A stretch of 56,724 bases of DNA, the filler included, from Fonticula-like sp. SCN 57-25 (taxonomy: Eukaryota): the NCBI GenBank assembly GCA_001724245.1. It is 2 parts of 2 records of this genome, joined end to end, with 100 filler letters (N's around TTAATTAATTAA, not from the genome) between each part and the next. Parts side by side here need not be neighbours in the genome. Positions count along the whole stretch, not along the records: positions 1 to 29,792 come from MEDX01000066.1; 1 more part is not named here. The stretch is one strand, 5' to 3'. Under the pieces are notes generated by a model. It was not told the DNA's origin, searched no databases, and saw only the letters and a list, made by a program, of their open reading frames with translations. Shown here piece after piece: positions 14,194 through 24,285 of this stretch (positions are counted from its first letter, which is position 1; each line of letters opens with the position of its first letter). The position numbers and the translations under genes were made by a program.

Positions 14194-14425
14194 CACAGCG
14201 AGCTTTCAAACAAGCGCGCGAAAATTGGCGGGAAACTCATATTACGATCCGGATCCATGTCCGTACATAATGATATGTCATACTTTTGCATCTCTGTTGT
14301 AAGTGCTATTGACTGTACATTTCGTGTGGATTCTAAAACGTATAGAATTATTATGATATTGCGCATGACAAAATTCTACTTTAAACTTTACACAACGAAA
14401 ATAGTGCACGAAAGCCAAATCTCAA

Positions 14426-15243
14426 TTATACGGGTACGCGATCGTTCACTTCATAACGCCCCCCCCGGTGAATGGTAAGGGTCTGCAGCGCCACTCGATC
14501 CTGCTGCTGATCGTTGTGGGTGACCCACACACACATCGCGCCACTCTTCTTAATGCTCGACTCCACCAATAATGTCGTGGTCGCGTCGAGTGCTGAGGTG
14601 GGTTCATCGAGAAGCAGCACGTCAGGCTGGCGAGCGAGAGCCATAGCCAGCGCTGATTGACATATCACAGCTTAACAAACTAATAAAAACATATCAACGG
14701 AAACGCACCAATTCGCTGGATTTCGCCGCCGGAAAGCTCGTTCCAGGTGCGGTCCCAATGCTCCTCTGGAATATCCCAGTCGTACGCCACGTTCTGGGGC
14801 CTCAGGCCTTCGTTGTCCTTCTGCGCCTTGTACGCGCAAATCATTGAATAGAAATCATTCGGTGTGCCGCTGTCGACCGCCGGCCGCTGCGGGACGTACA
14901 TGACGCGGCTGCGCCACTCGGGCACCGGGCACACGGCCGAATCGCTGCCCACGTTAGCGGGCGGAACGCAAAGTCGGAAGCAACAAAAGATCGTACATCG
15001 TGTTGAGATGAATGGTGCCAGTGTCTATCCGCTCGAGCTGCGCGATGCATCGCAGCAAGGTTGTCTTTCCCGTCCCGCTGCTCCCGCGCACGCAGATGAC
15101 TACGAGGGTCAACAATGCGTTGAACAAGCAGGCGCTATCGTACTTTGATGTGTCGCTGTGTTGAGCTGGAAGCTGATGCTCTGGAACGGCGGGTCGACCT
15201 GCTTCCCGCGCACCATGGGCGTCAGATTATCCACGCGAAACAT
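14426..15243 (-). CDS. Stand-alone ABC ATPase subunit, FetA/YbbL/STAR1-like (multi-exon)
   Basis: Splicing gives Walker A 'GSSGTGKTTLLRCIAQL', Q-loop 'EWRSRVMYVPQRP', signature 'ELSGGEIQRI', Walker B 'VLLLDEPTSALD' and H-loop 'WVTHN..Q..RVA'. No transmembrane domain. Confidence 0.88.
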
Positions 15244-15488
15244 GCCGGGATTGGCTCGCGGGCAGGTGGTGTGCGGCGTCCGTGAAAAGCTGACATCGGA
15301 GATTCTGATCGTCCAATCAGACCCCTCCTTCTCTCGCGTCATGGGTTTGCATCCCAGATTGCATATGGCGCAATATGGTGAGCGGCACGTGACTAGGAAT
15401 GGTGTGCGGCTGACGGCATTTGGCGACCTCGCGGGCCGCGACTCGGCAGTAGTTGTTATAGATCTTCCGATCGACCTGTGAGCCAGCC

Positions 15489-16808
15489 ATGTCTGACTCG
15501 GGCGACTGCGATGTCGGCACGCCAGTGTCCTGGGCGAGCGTGGGGTATGGTGCGGCGACGCTCCTTCTTGCGTGTACGTCCCGATCTCTCTCCCCTTGGT
15601 GGCTCTGACGAGCGGCTTTGATAGTCGCGGCCTCCCTGCTTCTCGATCTTGGTCTCCACTGGAAGACGTTTTTTGCGGCCGCTCGGTGCACTGCACAGCT
15701 GACTCTCATGGGCTACATCCTGATGCCCGTGCTTGAGGACGAGACCGGATACTTGGTGCTTGGATTCAGCGGTATGCATCTATATACTCGTAAGTATATA
15801 CTAATCGGTGCTCGGATGCTCAGCTGCGCTGGTGGTGCTTGCCGTGGCCGAGACGACACTGAACAAGGGATCGCACATGTACCGCCACATCTGGCTCAAT
15901 GTACTTGTTGGCATCTCGGTCGCGTGCGTTCCGCTCGCGATCCTCGGCACGGCGTACGTGATGGGTGCCCACCCGTTCTGGCTTCCCCGCGAGTTCATTC
16001 CGATCATCGGCATGCTCATCGGCAACTGTGTCAGCGCCATCGCGCTAGGCGTGCATCACTCGCTGCGGTACTTTTCCGACAACAGGGAGCGGATCGAGTG
16101 GCTGCTGGCCCTCGGCGCTACGCGGTGGGAGGCTGGTGCGCTGCCCCTTGCTTCCTTGCGACCGCCCGTTCTCACCATGGCTTCCTTTTCTATGCATAGC
16201 ACGGCCCATTGTGAGAGACGCACTGCGCGTTGCTATGCTGCCGACGCTTAACGCGATGCAGGTCATGGGTCTGATTACTATCCCCGGCATGGTACGCGGA
16301 TTCCGACCCCTTTTACTGAATTCTGACGTACGTGCTCGCGTGTAGATGACGGGTCAGCTGCTGGCCGGCGCCGACCCTCTGGACGCCGCGAGGTACCAGA
16401 TGGTTGTTATGTTCTTCCTTGTTGCCTCGACGACGCTCGCTACCATCTTTTGCGTCATGTGGACGGTCTACTACGTGCTCGACCACAAGGTGCGATTTGC
16501 TGTTCCTGTATGTGAATTAAAGTGCTCAACGCCCACGCATGTCGCAGCATCGCGTCCGTCTGGATCGCATCAAGCCAAAGAAGCCGTTTGCCACGGCGGT
16601 GTGGCACATTATGAAGGCGATGGTGCAGCCGCTTAAAAAGCTCTGTGCCCGCAACGTGAATGTCGAGAACTCATCGCCGCTGCTCAACGACGACGAGGAT
16701 AAGGGAACGTACTCCGAGTCGGACGATTCGAGCACTCCCTTCATTGCCTCTATCAATCAGGGAGCTTACGCGTCGAGTACAGCTTCGATAGAATCTAAAT
16801 CCGGCTAA
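15489..16808 (+). CDS. UPF0014 membrane subunit, FetB/YbbM/ALS3(STAR2)-like (multi-exon)
   Basis: 'AARCTAQLTLMGYIL', 'PREFIPIIGMLIGN', 'IEWLLALGATRWEA', 'PTLNAMQVMGLITIPGM|MTGQLLAGADPLDAARYQMVVMF' are UPF0014 hallmarks. Confidence 0.9.
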
Positions 16809-17111
16809 GCCACACACGTACACGCATTACAGCAAGCACTCACACACATTTCTGCAATTTCCTATGTGTATAATATATTATCCGTAATATCCGTAATATT
16901 CTGCATGAATGCGGAACTCTGCATGAAAGAGGATAGAATCGATTAAAGTAAAATGACATTAACACGTATGTATTGTAGGTGACATTGTACAAAAATGATA
17001 GATGGGAAGAAGGGCGGTATACATACAGCGACATGAATCAAGCCGCGCATGAATCATATCATACCCACCTGCCATCGTCTATGAGCGCATTAAATCACCG
17101 GCTTCAGCTCA

Positions 17112-18976
17112 TCAGCAGACGGGGTTCTCAGAGTGCTCCTCCCTGATCTGCTCCGCAATGACAAAGTAGAAGAAGACAGCCCAGCTGACCACGAGCATGA
17201 AGAGCGACAGCGAGATGAAGATGTACGAGTACAGCCGCGGCTTCTCCGGGGCGGCCTGGGTCGAGGCCGCGCCCTCCTCTCCGTAGGGGTTGAGGGACGC
17301 CGTCTGCTCGCGGGCTATCTCGCGCTGCTGCGCACGGAGGGCGGTCGCCTCGGCGAGGTTCTTTTCGAAGAGATCGCTGTAGCCGATGCGACTAACAATG
17401 CGCAGCACGATGGCAAGCAGGAACGCAAACCCGGCCGCGCACGTGAGGAGAATGAGAACGGGCGTGTACCTAACACACAAACGCATCATTAGTCACTGTC
17501 GGGGCAGCTCAAGGCGGGAAAGACGCACTCGTCCTCGCCAGTGGCGGCGTCCTGGACAGCGCCGGCAATCGGGTCCATGATGGTACTTCCAATGTTGGAC
17601 GCGCACTTGTAGATACCGAGGGCGGTACCGACGAGGCGCAGCTCCTCGACGACCATGATGGACGAGATCATCGCGATGGGGCCCGCCGCAAGGGACACGC
17701 TAAAGATGAGCATACCGAGAATGGGGGTAATGTACGTAAAGCCCACGAGCGAGAAGCCGACAACGGCGGTCGCGCCGGATATCATCACTGAGGGCCGCAT
17801 CAGAAGAGGAAAGAAAATCAATAAATGCGAGACGCACCAATGGCCGAGCGGTGACCATACTTGTCGAGCAGTAGGCCGAGGACCGGCGTCAAAAAGATGG
17901 GCACAATCTGCGAGAGACTGGAGAGCCACGCGGCCTTGTTCTGGTCAAAGCCAAAGTGGACGTGAAGAATGTCGCTGCGAGTCCGAGCAGAAGTGAGCGA
18001 GCAAGTTCGCGTCCGCAAAAGAGGATGCGCACGCGACAATGTGAAGGAAGGGGCCCCAGACACCGCCGAAGGCAAACGAGAGCATGACAATGACCCACAG
18101 CGCGCCCGCGAGGTGCAGGACGTCGCGAGGCTTAAAGTCGTGCTTCTTCTTGAGCCTGGCAGTGATCGCCTGAAAAAGCATTAGACGCCGCGACGACAGA
18201 GCAATATGGGGGTGCATACCTGGGTCTTGCCGTCCTTGGGCCCGTTGTTCACCATCCACACATAGTACACGGTGACGAGCCACGAGAAGAAGCACATGGC
18301 GGACGACACCCAGAAGGCGTAACCGTACCAGCCAGTATGGTCAGCGATCTCCTGCACGGTGCCGTTCGCAAGGAAGCTGGCCGCGCGCGACAGACCAATC
18401 TGAATGCCGACCGCAACCGACAGGCCCTTGCCCTCGTACCAGTACGCAAGGATCGACTCTTGCACCGTCACGATGCTGCCGGCGCCCACGCTGCACATAC
18501 AAGTCAGTGCCAGGCAAAAGCGCGCGAGTAACGAACCCGTAGAGGACGCGACCGATCACCATAATGGGGAAGGACGCAAGGTGCGTGGAGATGGCGGTGA
18601 TGACTTCGCCGATCAGAATGAGGGAAGCGGCAAGCAGACTGCCCTTGTTGGTGCCAAAGGTGTCAATGAAGATACCACCAAAGAACGGCATGATGGTGTT
18701 GACGAGCGAGACGGCCGACTGCAGCAAACCGTACTGCGCATTCGAAATGCACAAGTCCTCCTTGATGTCCTGCTTGAGCACACCGAGCATATGGGCCGCA
18801 TAATGGCTGCCGACCGACAGCAGGCAAGTGCAGACGAGCGCAAGGATGCGGTGACGCCATGCGGCCCGCGACTCCTCCTCGGTAGTAATATCAACAGGTG
18901 AGGACGGGACCGGCGAGGCCTTGCCGTCCTCGTCCAGGAGCGGCGCAGACTCGGGCTTTTCAGTTCCGTTCGACAT
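17112..18976 (-). CDS. MFS transporter, MFSD1-like (lysosomal), multi-exon
   Basis: 'LVCTCLLSVGSHY', 'QYGLLQSAVSLVNTIMPFFGGIFID.FG', 'GRVLYG.GAGS...Q..I...WY.GK.L..A.G.Q...SR..SF', 'PVLGLLLDKYG.R'. N-terminal dileucine motif ESAPLL. Confidence 0.85.
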
Positions 18977-19070
18977 GCCGGGGGGCGCTCCACGTGAAAT
19001 ATGCAAGTAAGTCCAGCGCGTGCTCCCCGCAAGTGCGGCTTCGCGGGCGCATACTGCATAACGTCAATAT

Positions 19071-19082
19071 CGTCACGTGACG
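19071..19082. promoter_or_regulatory. Palindromic CLEAR-type E-box CGTCACGTGACG in the MFSD1-like/TTLL divergent promoter
   Basis: Exact GTCACGTGAC core ~95 bp upstream of the MFS start codon. Confidence 0.5.
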
Positions 19083-19332
19083 CCATTCACGTCATGCATG
19101 ATTGATCGTGTGCAATCTGCTTCCGGTTTGCATCAGGTAATTTTCGTGTGTCACGGTGGCTTGACAAATGCAAAGTCATCATTTTTGAAACCGGCTCTTG
19201 GGGGATCGCCACGTCGACGCGTGCGCGGGAGGTGGACGACGGACCGCTCGCGCGCCGGCGTGCACTCCCTCCAAGTCTTTGGGTTATTGTTTGGCTGCTT
19301 TTCGTATATTTGTTTGATTGATATAATTTTGC

Positions 19333-20488
19333 ATGAGCATCGCGATTGCGCACGACGTGCCCGCCTGGCTGGGCGACCTCCTGCAGGAGGCGACCGGCCT
19401 TCGCGCTCTGCAAGCGTGCGCCCCTCCTCTTCCCTCTTGCATGCGTTGATAGACTGACACTTATATTTTTTGGTAGTACTCCGGGAAATAAGACGCTGTG
19501 GACTGTTTTGTGGAGCTGCTGCGCATCGCCCGGCACTCATCTGCTCCCGGCCGATTGGTCCGAGCACCAGCGAGGTGTCAACCACCTCCCTGGTATCGCA
19601 CTCTTGAGCAACAAGTATAACCTTGCGCGACTCCTGATCGGCAACCCGGTTGCCGCGAGCTTTTATCCCCGTACATGGCTGCTGCCGCTCTCCGACGTCG
19701 AATCGGTGTTTGCGGCGTGCAATGGCTCGGTCCTCCTCAAGCCGTCGGTTGGATCGCGCGGAAGGGGCATTGAGCACTACGTTTCCGCAAGCGGCCTTGC
19801 CGCGAGGATCGCCGCCGTGCCGCATCCGCTTGCCTACATCGTGCAGTCGTATGTGGACCGGCCGCTCCTCTGGGACGAGCGCAAGTTCCACCTTCGCATC
19901 TACGTCCTGATCACCGCGTTGGCTCCGACGCCGCGACTCTACGTGCATTCGAGCGGCTACGCGCGCCGCGCAAAGGCAGAGTATCGCGCGCCGCTGGCCG
20001 ACAGCACTCCCGGTGCCCACATCACCAACCTCGGGGCCGTTGAGGAGTGGGGCGCCCACGACGGCTACGACACGTTTGACAGCTTTAATGCGCTAATGGA
20101 CTCGCGCGGCTTTCCAGCCGCTCGCTTCTGGCAGCGAATTGACACCATTTTGATTGAGACTGTTTCTGCGGCTGTGCCGGGCATCCTCGCCGTGCCGACG
20201 CCGCGTCTGGACATGCGAGAGCGCCACGCTTTCGAGCTCCTCGGAGCAGATATCATCGTGGACGCGAGCGGCGCTCCGTGGCTGCTGGAGCTCAACGTCT
20301 CTCCCAGCATGGACATTGCCGCTTCGCCGATTCTGAAGCCTATAAAGTCCCGCGTACTCAGGGACACCTTTGCCGTCCTTCAAGCAACTACGCAGTGCGA
20401 CCCCAGCGAGTACATCGCGAAGGAATTTGAGGCGATGGGCGGGTACAGACGGCTGCTTCCCGCAAAGCCATTTAATACCACTGAATAA
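19333..20488 (+). CDS. Tubulin-tyrosine ligase-like (TTLL) ATP-grasp protein
   Basis: 'VNHLPG...LSNK..L', 'FYPRTWLLP', 'LKP..GSRGRGI', 'IVQSYVDRPLL...RKFHLRIYVLIT', 'HITN', 'FELLGADII.D....PWLLELNVSPS'. One 5' intron. Confidence 0.9.
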
Positions 20489-20675
20489 AGGGCACAATAA
20501 AGGGTATCAAAGAATTCTATACGCTGCAAGGAACATGGGCAAGAGGGGAAAAAAGAGTGTTTTGGTCGTCATCATTACCTTCTACGCAAAATGCCTTCAC
20601 CACAGAATGGAATTAACAGAAAAAATGAGAAAGATAAAAGAAAACGCAGTTTAAAAAGGGCACATGGTCCCGTGT

Positions 20676-21473
20676 CTAATTGTAGTGAGTGCGGCTCGGG
20701 TTGGCGCCAAAGAGCGAGGTGCGGATATCGGGGAGCGCCTGCGAATCAACGGTGAGCCAAGCAACGAGACAAAAGAGGCAAACGTACGGCCTGGAAAATG
20801 AGCTCAAGACGAGCATCGAGGGTGTTGTTGGAGCGGATGCGGCCTCCGTTCGTGGAGAGGATGACACCACCGGTCGACTCGGCGGGGAGGACCTCGGTAT
20901 CGAGAGCGAGCGTGATGGTCTTCTTGGAGGCAGCCTCGTAGCGCTTCTTGACGTCGCCGAGAACGCCCTGGACAAGGGAAGCATCGGCCTTGCGAGCGAT
21001 GACGGTCGCGTTGTTCTCCATGAGGCCGAAAAGACCCTGCAGGATGAGATCCGCGAGGAGCTTCTTGTACGTCTCGGCGTTAGACGTGAGCGAAGCAAGG
21101 CGCTGGTGAGCCTCGGCCGAAACCGAGTCAAGAACCTTCTCGCGCGCCTGGAGAACGCGGAGACGCTGAGCATTGATCTTGGTCGACTGGTTGCTGTGCA
21201 AGAGAAACAAAAAGATTAGATTCGTCAATGGCCAAGATTGACTAAAAGTGAAACGCACATCTTGCGCTGAACCTCAATCTGCTTCATCTTCTTCTCAAAG
21301 TTGGCGTTGATCTTGAGCTTCTCCTGCTGAACGAGGTTGCCCTTCTCAATGGAAAACTCCTCCTGGGCGCGAGCATTGATCTCGTTCGCCTTCTCGATGG
21401 CCTCCTGCTGGATGAAGCTCACCATCTTGTTCATCTCCGCAGTCACCTGCTCGTCAGAAAAGCCAGACGCCAT
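20676..21473 (-). CDS. ATP6V1E: V-type ATPase subunit E
   Basis: 'KMVSFIQQEA.EKA.EI...A.EEF.IEK..LVQ', 'RLRVLQARE', 'GGVIL....GRI..NNTLDARL', 'LP.IR..LFG.N..R'. Confidence 0.96.
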
Positions 21474-21650
21474 TTTTATATTTGCCACAGCAACCTAAGA
21501 CGGGCAGCAGGGACAGCGAGCGTAAGGAACACGAGCGGAAAGTCGTGCCGTCTAAAGGCAAAAGTGCGCACCGCTTATTACTCCACGAGCAGAGGCAAAC
21601 TCTTTCAATGTGGGAAGGAAAAAGGGAAAAAAACAGGACTTTCTGTCCAT

Positions 21651-21689
21651 CTGATTGGTCAGTTTGTCCATCAGCAAATGGCCAATCAG
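21651..21689. promoter_or_regulatory. Inverted pair of CCAAT boxes upstream of V-ATPase E
   Basis: CTGATTGG...CCAATCAG forming an imperfect palindrome. CCAAT boxes recur in other promoters here (near 2960, 30903, 32890, 42167, 55450). Confidence 0.45.
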
Positions 21690-21922
21690 GAACGATCACA
21701 AATTGTCACTTTCAGACCACGATGCATGACATTGTGATGTCCGACTCGAGCCTATATGAGGCTTTTCAACGAAATGATACCCATAAAGGCATGATGGTAT
21801 TTAATTTGAGTAAAAACTTTGTAAAAAGCCCATTTTCATGCAAAATAGCAAGCGCTTAATATTGATTGAGAATGAGCCGACTTGCCTATTGGTACAATGA
21901 TAGAATACATGAAATTTTAATG

Positions 21923-22921
21923 CTAATGATGCTCCTGCGCGTCGTCCGCCTGCGCCGTCTGCTCCTGAACCGTAAAGTGCTCCGTGAGCGGATTCGGCGC
22001 GGCGAGGTGAAGCGCGCCCCATCGTGGGAGGGGCAGGTAGAGATACATTGCATGCAGCATGAGCCTCGGTACGTTCCTGTCGGCGTCGTCCGTGTAGATG
22101 TAGTCGCCCACTGCGCAAGCATTAGCACACGTCTACCGCAAGCACCAAGTGGCCATACCTATTGGGTGGTTGATCAGCTGCATGTGGGCCCTGAGCTGGT
22201 GCCTCCTCCCTGTGACCGGCATGAGGAGCATCTCGGTGCTGTTGCGCCCGTGGCACACGCCCCTCCGCAGCACAAACGCGTGGGACTGTGCGGGCTTGCC
22301 GTCGGCCGCAACAAACACCCTATGGTCCAGCGCTTGGTCCATGATAGGCGCGGACACGGTGAAGCACTCACGGACAGCGGACGCGTCGGTACCGAGGGCC
22401 GACAGGCAGCGGCTCAGTGCCGCCTGGTACGACGCGTCCAGGAACGTCTCTGGCGCACCTCGGCGCTCAACGTACGGCGGGAGGCGCTTCGTGGCAAACC
22501 CCACGTCGCCGTGCACGACGGCGAGGTAGGCCTTGCGCGTTAGGCGCCGCTCAAACAGGGCGCCGGCCACGCGGCACGGGTACTTGCCGCGGCCGACCAC
22601 AAGCACGCCGCTCGTCCCAATGTCGAGCTGGTGTACAAGGCCAAACTTGCCAAGATCGGGGAGGCGCGCGCGCACCATCGCCTCGATCGACGGCGTATCG
22701 GGTTCATGGGCCAGCGACTCGAGACGCACGTTCGTCGGCTTGTTCACGACGGCGTAGTTCTGGTCTAGGTGAACAAAGAAGCCGTCATCCGACGGACACG
22801 AGGGCGTTTCCGGAGCCGCAACGCGAAACTGGACATGGCGGGTCGTCGACACGCGCGCCTGTCCGGACGACACCACGGCAGCGACCGAGGTAGCCCGACT
22901 CAGCATCGCGTTTGACCCCAT
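21923..22921 (-). CDS. RluA-family pseudouridine synthase (RPUSD1-like)
   Basis: 'VVNKP', catalytic 'HQLDIGTSGVL', 'K.YLAVV.G', 'PVTGRRHQLRAHM..I.HPI|.GDY.Y', 'RLMLHA'. Confidence 0.9.
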
Positions 22922-23012
22922 CGCTGGCAACCTCACCAAGTCACGTGAGTTGGTGATTTGACTCGACGACCGTTTCGCGGCTAGTGTGTTTACCTGGCGC
23001 GCACGGACCACC

Positions 23013-24123
23013 ATGTCGGTGAACACCAAGACATCCCTGAACGTTTCGGGGTCGAGCTACTACGACCCGGAGATTGCTTCGAATGCGGGGAGTCGTCGGT
23101 GCGGCCTGACGCGTGCAGGACTCTGCGAACATTCTAACATGTTGAGTTGCTTGCAGATCCCCGACGCCGTCGCTCTTTGGCGACTCTGACGATGTGCTTG
23201 GCGTGAGCTATTTTGACGCGGCGATGGGCCTTGTCAAGGAGTCGACAGTCAAGCAGCTTCAGTCGGCCGAGACGTGGCGCGCAGTTGCGACCGAGTTTTT
23301 TGGCTCTTTCATTCTCTTGTTTGTAACGGGCAGCGCCGTTTCTGCGATTGGCCTTATGGCATGGAACAAGGAGGTACGACTTTGCTGATCCTGCTTGTCA
23401 GTCACCTCTCCTCACGCCCGCCTCTATTTTGCACTCTAGACGATGGGCATTTTTTTGATGGCGCTGACGTATGGCCTCACGCTCTTTGGCCTCTCTTCCG
23501 GCCTTTGCCCTCTTGGGTTTGCCTTCTTCAACCCGACGACGACGATCGGCGCGATGGTGTCAGGTCGGCTGGGCGTGCCGCGCGCGCTGCTGTTCCTGGC
23601 GGTGCAGCTCGTTGGCTCGCTGGCGGGCATTTTTGCGGCGGTGGGGCTGCACAGCTCGCCGGCGGACTCGTATTGCGTGTCCACGGTCGCAGGCACGTCG
23701 AACGGCGGCCTCTTCATCGTCGAGCTTGTGTCGTCCGTCGCGGTGACCTTTGTCAGCGTGTGCGTCTACAATGACAGGAGGAACGCGGGCGCCAGGTGGC
23801 CCAGCGTCTATTCGTCCCTTTCATTTGGCATCATTATTGCGGCGGCCAAGGCCAGCGGCAGTGCGGCCAACCCGACATGGAGGTACGACGGGAGGGCTCT
23901 ACTGATATGACGCGTGGCCGCTAACCAGCAAAGTAGTCTTGGATTTGCAGTGGTGTCGGGGTGCCTGGACAACCAGTGGGCGGTGTGGAGCGGCGGCGCG
24001 GTGGGCGGGGTCATTGCCGGTGCAATGTTTGCTGTCCACCAGTGGATGAAGGATGACAGGGCAGGGTCGGCGGGCGCAATTCACTCGCGGACAACGTCGT
24101 TTAATAGCATCGCATACTCATAG
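23013..24123 (+). CDS. Aquaporin/MIP-family channel with non-canonical motifs (multi-exon)
   Basis: 'WRAVATEFFGSFILLF', loop B 'FFNPTTTIG', 'LAVQLVGSLAG', 'FIVELV', loop E 'SGSAANPTW(S)LGFAVVSG'. ATG at 23013 joins via intron 23099-23156. Confidence 0.85.
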
Positions 24124-24285
24124 TCATGTCTGTGTTTGTATTGTAAGCTCTCTTTTATTTCGACTTCGATCTAATTTAAGTTTCACGCTATGTCAGCGTT
24201 ATACATTTGGGGAATTAGTGCTGTTGTTACAGTTGGGTCGTTCAATAGTCGTTCAGTCATTTAGGAATCGTAAAGTAGTCCAGGC

